Positions 57,642 through 64,000 of a stretch of 64,000 nucleotides of DNA are shown here, in pieces (the stretch's first letter is position 1; every line of letters begins with the position of its first letter). Under the pieces are notes generated by a model. It did not search any database. It saw only the letters and a list, made by a program, of their open reading frames with translations, and had not been told where the DNA came from. The position numbers were made by a program, and so were the translations under genes. Source of the stretch: the human T2T-CHM13v2.0 reference genome, Homo sapiens; NCBI RefSeq assembly GCF_009914755.1, contig NC_060937.1; one strand, 5' to 3'.

Positions 57642-58329
57642 GAACATACCATCTCAAAACTTAGTGCCTTAAGTTTTACTAATATCTTAAAACAACATTT
57701 TATTATCTCCCATTGGTCTGTGGGTTGACTAGTCACAGCTGAGTGGTATCCACTGAGGTCTTACTTGATTGCAGTTAGATGTTGACTTGGGCTTGTAAGT
57801 TAATGTTGCTGAGATATAACGTAGAAATATGAACCTGGAGATAAAGCTTGGGGTTGTATCTTGAAAGATTAGTATACCTGATTAAAGAATCTGAAATTTA
57901 TAACATAGTCAATAGAGATTTCTGGAAGAATTCTGAGCAAGTAAGTTTTGAGCAAGAGTTATCAGATCTCTTATCAGAAAAATGATGAGAAGCAGTGTAG
58001 GGAAGGGACAAGAGAGGCCAGAGAGGCGGGGGCTTGTTAGAAGGTCTGGAGGAAGGCAAAGGCAGTGAGGGTGGAGAGGAGAACTAAGTTTAAGGAAAAA
58101 AGTGACGTTGAGGCTTATCTGCTTCCTTCATCAGTTTTGGCTATCTTCTACTGTCAGGCTAGAACTAGATAGTTCTTCCTAAAGCATATTCAACAGTGAT
58201 CAGAGTAGATAACAGTTTAAGAATATTTGGAAAATTGTTTAAAAAGTGTGTTTTAATGGCCATAACAGAGTTTTCTTATAGCCATGCCATACACTGAGCT
58301 TAACTCTTGTCTGCTGTAGTCACCTAACA

Positions 58330-59905
58330 GCTTGTCAGCACGATTCCCACTTTTAGCCATTCCCTTCTCCTTGAGACACTCTCTTCCTTTCATGTCCATG
58401 ATAGCCCATTCTCGTTTGTCTTCTTCCTCTTGGGCTACTTGTTTTCTGTCCCTGTGTCCTGAGATGTATCTCCTCTGCTTGGCCATTACATGCTGTGGTC
58501 CTCAAAGCTCAGTCCTTGGCTCTCTTCGTGTTTCACTTGTCACTCCTTACCGTCTCATTGGAAACCTGATTTCAAATTCCATGGCTTCCAGGACCTCTCT
58601 GTTTCTGTGACTCTTGTTATAGTTAGGATTGAATTTGACTGCAGGTAACAGAAAACCCTAAATATCGGTAATATAAATACTATAAAAGTGTATTTCTTAC
58701 TCACAAAGACAAAGGCAGGCCAGAGCTGGCATGGCAGCAATATGATGATTAGGGAACTGGTCTTCTGTCTTGTTGCTCTTCTGTTGTTAACATAGGACTT
58801 TTACTTCATGGTCCAAGATGACTTCTTGGGTTCCAGTCATCAAAATCACATTTCTGCCAGCAGGAGCAAGAAAATGGGCACAGTTGTTCCTTTAAGGATA
58901 CTTTCTGGAAGTCATATATGACACTCCTTATATTTCATTGGTTAAAATTTAGTCAGATGACCACCTGAGCTCAAGGGAGATACGGTGACCAGTTAAAAAT
59001 CACATGTTCTAATACTAAAGAAGAGTAAGTGAATAAATGGTAGGGGACAACTAGTAGCCTTCGCCACAACTCCCAAATCTATACCTCCAGGCCAGACTTC
59101 TCTATAGCTTCTGCCACTTTGGTATCCAAAGGATTCTGAACCCAAATGTCTAAGGTTGAGCTGATGATCTCTCCCAAACCGGCTCCATTTCTGGTGCTCC
59201 CTTTCTCAGTGAAGGACACCACTATCTAGCTGTGCAAGCCAGAAACTCAGGAGCCATCCTTGATTCTTAAGACAGAAAGCGTTATTTGCTCACAATTCAT
59301 CCTTGCCATGGCTTCCCTGGGTCAGAGTTTAATTCCCTCTGTCACTGTCTTTGGGCTATGCCATTTGGTGTCCTGTGGCTGATGGATACACAAAGACACT
59401 TTTTAGGCTTTGTCTTGCCAGTGACTTGGAATGGGCTGTGTGCTTCGGTGTGGCCTCTTGACCTTCTTCTATTAACCATGAAGAGCTTGCCCTGTGTTGC
59501 TGCAGGTCCTAGAACAAGAGACACAAAGGGATGCCCTGAACCTCACTTGCAACCTGAAGCAGAAATGCCCCAGCCAACCTGCAGAACTATTAACAAGAAA
59601 AATAAATGATTATTGTAAGCCACTGAGAATTTGGAGTTGTTATTCAGCATTATAGGAGAGACCTAAGTAATACAATTATCTGACTCTCCTCCTCTGCTCC
59701 TTCATTAAACCCTATCTGTGGATCTCAATAACATCTTAAAATCCCGTCCTTCGCTTCATCCTCAGTGCCACCACCATCTGAGCCAAGCTACTGCCACTTT
59801 TTCTCTGGGCCACTGCAATGACCTCCTGCCTGTTCTCACAGCCTTTGCTCTGGCCACGTGGCACTTAGCTCTCCATCCAGCAGCAAGGGTGACCTTGGAA
59901 AGGAA
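58330..59905 (+). mobile_element. L2 fragments interrupted by two old MaLR LTRs (~58615-59070 minus, ~59275-59675 plus)
   Basis: Pyrimidine-rich L2 motifs 'ccatggcttc', 'ccagaaactcaggagccatccttgattc', 'ccactgcaatgacctcct'; MLT motifs 'acagaaaaccc...catggtccaagatg' and 'aataaatgattattgtaagccactgag'. Confidence 0.6.
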
Positions 59906-60699
59906 TTACATTAATAGCAGGAATGGGTCTGAATGCTATCTTAGCCCAGGGTGTTCTGTTATTCTCATCCACATACAGAAATGAGGGATCTCTTCCATCT
60001 AAAGCATCACTAGCCCATTTGGGTATGTCCTTGTTACTATTTTCTCTCTGGGAAGGGAATGTACATAGGTCATCAGCAATTTAATTGAGAGGATAGTTTG
60101 GATGGACTGAACAAAAAGGGGTGTTGCCTCTGCTGGGTTAGTGACAGCAAAGTGCAGGCAATTGGGAAGATGGCCCCTCAGCCCAGGCCACTGACAAGCC
60201 GCATGCTTTCCCCCAGATATGGGCAGTCTGTGGCTGGGTTAGGGAAGCCTGGCTGGGTCCCCACAGACTCCCTGATGTTTTTGGGGGCAGAGGGTGAGCA
60301 GTCTCTCCACACAGGCTCTTCTTTGCTCTTGATGTGGTTCCCACAGGTCAAGAAGGCCCTCTGGCCTCTGTTCTTCTCCTCTTAGTCCACTCCCCTCCTC
60401 CTGCATTTACTCCAGCTGATCACTGTCTACTCACCTTTGAATGAACTTTGTTGCCCTGCTCTTTTCAGGGCTCTGCCTTTTGAGTCACTAAAAGCTCTGC
60501 TCTTAAAAATCAGAGCTTTGGTTATTTCTATGATCTCTGAAGTGGAAGTCGATGGTGGAACATTGACCCTGGCTCTGTCTTTGCTTTCCAAGAAAGCACC
60601 ATCTTAATTCACCCCAGCAAGAGATGCTCTGACTTACGAGTGCAAAAGAAGAAAAGCCCAGTCATGTGTGAATAGCTTTAAAACATCTCAGTGTGCACC

Positions 60700-61145
60700 A
60701 GCATCACTGCACCTCTCCCACTTGAAATGGCCCATGGCTTTCTATTGCGCTTAAGATAAAAATATTCAATATAGCCCCGAAGAGCTCAAATGGTCTGGTT
60801 TTTTCTTTTCTGTCCACCTGGATATTTGCACTGCAGCCACTGCAGCCTGCTTTCTGTACCTCAAATAAGCCATGCTCTCTCCTCATGGAATCTCCTCTCC
60901 CTTTTCTCCACCCTTAACTCCTTCTCTTCCTTCCTCTGGTAGACACCTCTCGACCTACCCAGCTTCTGTGGTTCCTGCAGGATGAACCCCCATATCCTGC
61001 CTCCCTTTATCTCAGGTGTTTCTTTCACTTCTTGGGTTAGTTGGTTACTATCTCTCTCTCTCCCTGATTCTGTAAGCTGCTGGAGGACTGACATGTAGTT
61101 CTCTTTTTCACCACTGGTCTTTAGCGAATGAATGAATGAATGGAA
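60700..61145 (+). mobile_element. L2 3' region with (AATG)n tail
   Basis: 'ctgtaagctgctggaggac' and 'gaatgaatgaatgaat'. Confidence 0.6.
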
Positions 61146-61195
61146 TAGATGGGTGAATGGATGGTAGTTCCTCATTGAAGACAATCTTGCAATAT

Positions 61196-61315
61196 TGAAG
61201 TTTGCAATATTCTGGTGGTTTGATGCCAGGCTGTCTTTGAGGCTTTGCTGCAAATAGGGAAAAGATGTTCATCTGCCAAGGGGAGTTTAACTGGCTGGTG
61301 ATATGAGAATCCATT
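61196..61315 (+). repeat. Copy 1 of a ~120-bp dispersed direct duplication (partner 62296-62416)
   Basis: Shares the perfect 22-mer 'ctgcaaatagggaaaagatgtt' (61248-61269 and 62349-62370) and colinear flanks. Confidence 0.9.
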
Positions 61316-62295
61316 GGGTCCTAATCCAATTTTATTCATCAACATGATCGATGGGTGGATAGAGCCTTCTGAATGGCTGGAATATATAGCTGCCTCTGGG
61401 ATAATTTGAGGTGGGAGAATTAAGTCTTCCTAAGTCACCTGCTCCTCCCCTCTGGAAATGTTACCCCTCATGTGGGCTGCTCTTCAAGAATCTTCCACTA
61501 AATTCAAATAATTCTAGGAGGGCTCAGTCCTCATGAGCTACATTTTAGGCAGCTGAATGGACAGCTGAGCCCTGGAGATCAGGGGAGTGGGATGGGGAAG
61601 CAAGAGACAGGCAGGAGGAAAGAGAAATGGAGAGGTGGTCAGGAGGCAGGCACTGCGGATGAGACCCTGGCAGGGGAGTCAGGCATCAAACGTCGTCACC
61701 TTCCCAGATTTGCCACACTCTGGTCCTTTTACTTTCATGCCTCATGATTTGACAAAAATGTCATTTCTCCATTTTGACTTTTTTTCCACTTCAAGGAAGA
61801 AAGATACAAAAACAAACAGGAGAAATTTCTTCAGAGGTAAATGGAAGCATCTGGACATGGACATAGGATGTTTGGCATGTGAGTGTCTCCTCTGGAAAAC
61901 TTCATTTAGTCCTCCATTTATTCCTTCAAGAAATGCTATTGAGTGTCTACCACGTACCAAGTACTGCGTAGGCTCCGGAAATAGAGAGTGAACAAAATAG
62001 ACAGCTTTATGCCATAGAATTCTGGGAATTTCCCATGAAGGCTTCGAGAGAAAAAAGCATGCATTCTCCTGTGTCTGCCCAGACTCCCATGGCTTGGAAC
62101 TGCCCAGTGTGATGGGACGTGGGACTTGGGGAAAGTTGAGGAATATATTGTATTGTTGGGAGGCATAGCAAGCATATGAGCAAAAAGGAAACCCTTCTTC
62201 TTTCCCATCATGTTTGGGTTTTGGTGACAGGGCATGGGAAGATGAGGGGAAAGAGGGATGTGAGTTAGGTGCTGGATTCCAGGAAATGTCTTCAC

Positions 62296-62416
62296 TGAAG
62301 TTTGAATATTCTGATATCCTGATGCCAGCCTGAGGCTTTGAAGTTTTCCTGCAAATAGGGAAAAGATGTTGGTCTGCAAAGGAGAGTCTAACTGGCTGGC
62401 GATATTAAAATCCATT
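62296..62416 (+). repeat. Copy 2 of the ~120-bp direct duplication
   Basis: Minus-strand ORF starts are homologous: MDSHITSQLNSPWQMNIFSLFA versus MDFNIASQLDSPLQTNIFSLFA. Confidence 0.9.
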
Positions 62417-63329
62417 AAATTTGCTGCATCTTACATTGTTTATTTCTTTTTGTTCCTGACACCCAATTTCTACACTTCTGCAGTTATGTAAGAGCTAGAA
62501 TCTTCATGTCCTAGCATCCCACCCTTAATAAAATTCCCTTTATTCCTTTCCTCACATTTATTACACATTCTCCTCCCTCCCCAGGCCACTATAGTGGGCA
62601 TGTAAAAAATAAAGCTATCCTGCAATTTCAATAAAAGCCACATAATCTCTTTCTAAAGCACTACTCTGCTTTGAAAAGTCAATATTCCTCCATTGGCAAT
62701 TTCCCATAACGCGGTTAGTTTAACAAAATAAAATCTGAGAAAACAAAACATTGTGAGAATGATTGTGTTCCTACAAGTTCTTAATTTTCTACTCTGTGCC
62801 ATTTCTTAGCATTTTTCATGTCCTACCTCATTGTTGGCTAAGTGAGAAAGCCAAGAAAAGCTGGCCTTGAGCCTTTTGAGAGGAAAGGGTGAATTCATTA
62901 GGGTCTCTTGCTTGAAAGTGATAGAAACTTAATTTGAGCTAGCTGGAGTCAAAAACCAGGTGGGGCAGGGGTTGGGGCTCATTAGCAGAAGGAGGGGGAG
63001 ATGAATCCTGGGCAGTAGGATGAACAGGTGTCCACATGGAGGACAAAAGCAAGTGGTTCCTTCTCCTTCCCACCCACATCCAGACCATTAGGAGAAAGGT
63101 CAGGGGTGGAGGCAGAGGGAGAGGCTTCTGCCGTTTGGGAAAGGTGTCTAGCTGAGGGGTTGAAAGTGGTTAATTGGGAAAAGTGATTGTCCTTTTTTCC
63201 TGGTAGTGTGGGGCTCTGTTCTGCACCCCTTTGCTTGGCAAAAAGGAAAACTTCTCCAAAGAGCTGTCTGCAAAAGTTGTGTGCCGTCTCACCAGCGCAC
63301 TCCTGTAGAGCGTCCACCCACCCTGTACA

Positions 63330-64000
63330 CCTACCTCTCCACTGAAGCTGTGCGGGACTAGATCACCAAGAGCCTCCATATTGCCAACTTCAAGGGGCGT
63401 TTTGGTCTTTAAGTTGCTCTATAGGACATACTCATCCATTCCTCTTGAAACCTTATCCTTTTTTGAGTATCTGGGCATCGCTCTTGCCCTCTAAGGTCCT
63501 GCACTCTCTTGGTTTTGCAGCTACTACCTGACCTCTCTCATTCTCCTCTGCGGGCTTCTCCTCCCTTTGCTCCCTAGCTGTTGAGCATCATCAAGGTTGG
63601 GTCCTGGTTTCTCTTATGGTGTCTGTCTATGTGCTCCCTTTAAGTAGTTTCAGTGATCAGCATTTCCACCTAGATGTCTTATAGACATCTCCAATTCAGA
63701 CATGAAAACAGGAATTTTGAAGCCCTTCACTCAGTCCAAATCTGATCCTCCCCATATCTTCTTGTCTCTGCAAGAGGCACTGCCATTCACTTGGGTACTA
63801 GCGCCCCTAATTACTGCATACCATCCCGGACTCACATGTCTGTTCTCCTCTATCTAACCTCAGTCTAACCCAGTGTTAAGTTCTGTCGGCTAGATTTCAA
63901 AATATATCTGGTACAAGCCCATCTCTCTTTATCTCCACCACAACCATCCGGGTCAAAGCCACAGTCCCGTCTCATGTGGCCAGTGGCAGCAGCCCCCTCA
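63330..64000 (+). mobile_element. L2 fragment running to the window end
   Basis: 'tcctcttgaaac', 'catttccacctagatgtcttatagacatctc', 'atccccggactc'-like segment, 'ctccaccacaacc'. Confidence 0.7.

Noticed and set aside
61196-62416. The duplicated 120-mers as snoRNA paralogues
   Set aside because: No terminal ACA box or C/D boxes at the expected positions on either strand by eye; an Rfam scan would be decisive.

Overview
Primate genomic DNA (very probably human or another hominoid, since it holds AluY-type and L1PA2-type insertions). It is repeat-rich and apparently intronic or intergenic. I found no host protein-coding gene, RNA gene or CRISPR array; the only recognisable protein-coding sequence is inactivated LINE-1 ORF2. 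About half of the window is nested transposon relics (L1PA/L1PB/L1M, Alu, MIR, L2, MaLR and ERV1 LTRs, hAT and Tigger DNA transposons), with family and subfamily names assigned from memory of consensus sequences and approximate boundaries. I cannot support a new biological system. The most unusual signals are structural: a ~455-bp AT-centred near-perfect palindrome (27275-27729) nested inside a second inverted pair (26965-27079 / 28795-28908), a ~170-bp inverted duplication of sequence I do not recognise as a repeat 8.3 kb apart (35591-35760 / 44050-44217), a ~120-bp direct duplication (61196-61315 / 62296-62416), several small templated-insertion or fold-back scars, and a few candidate enhancers.
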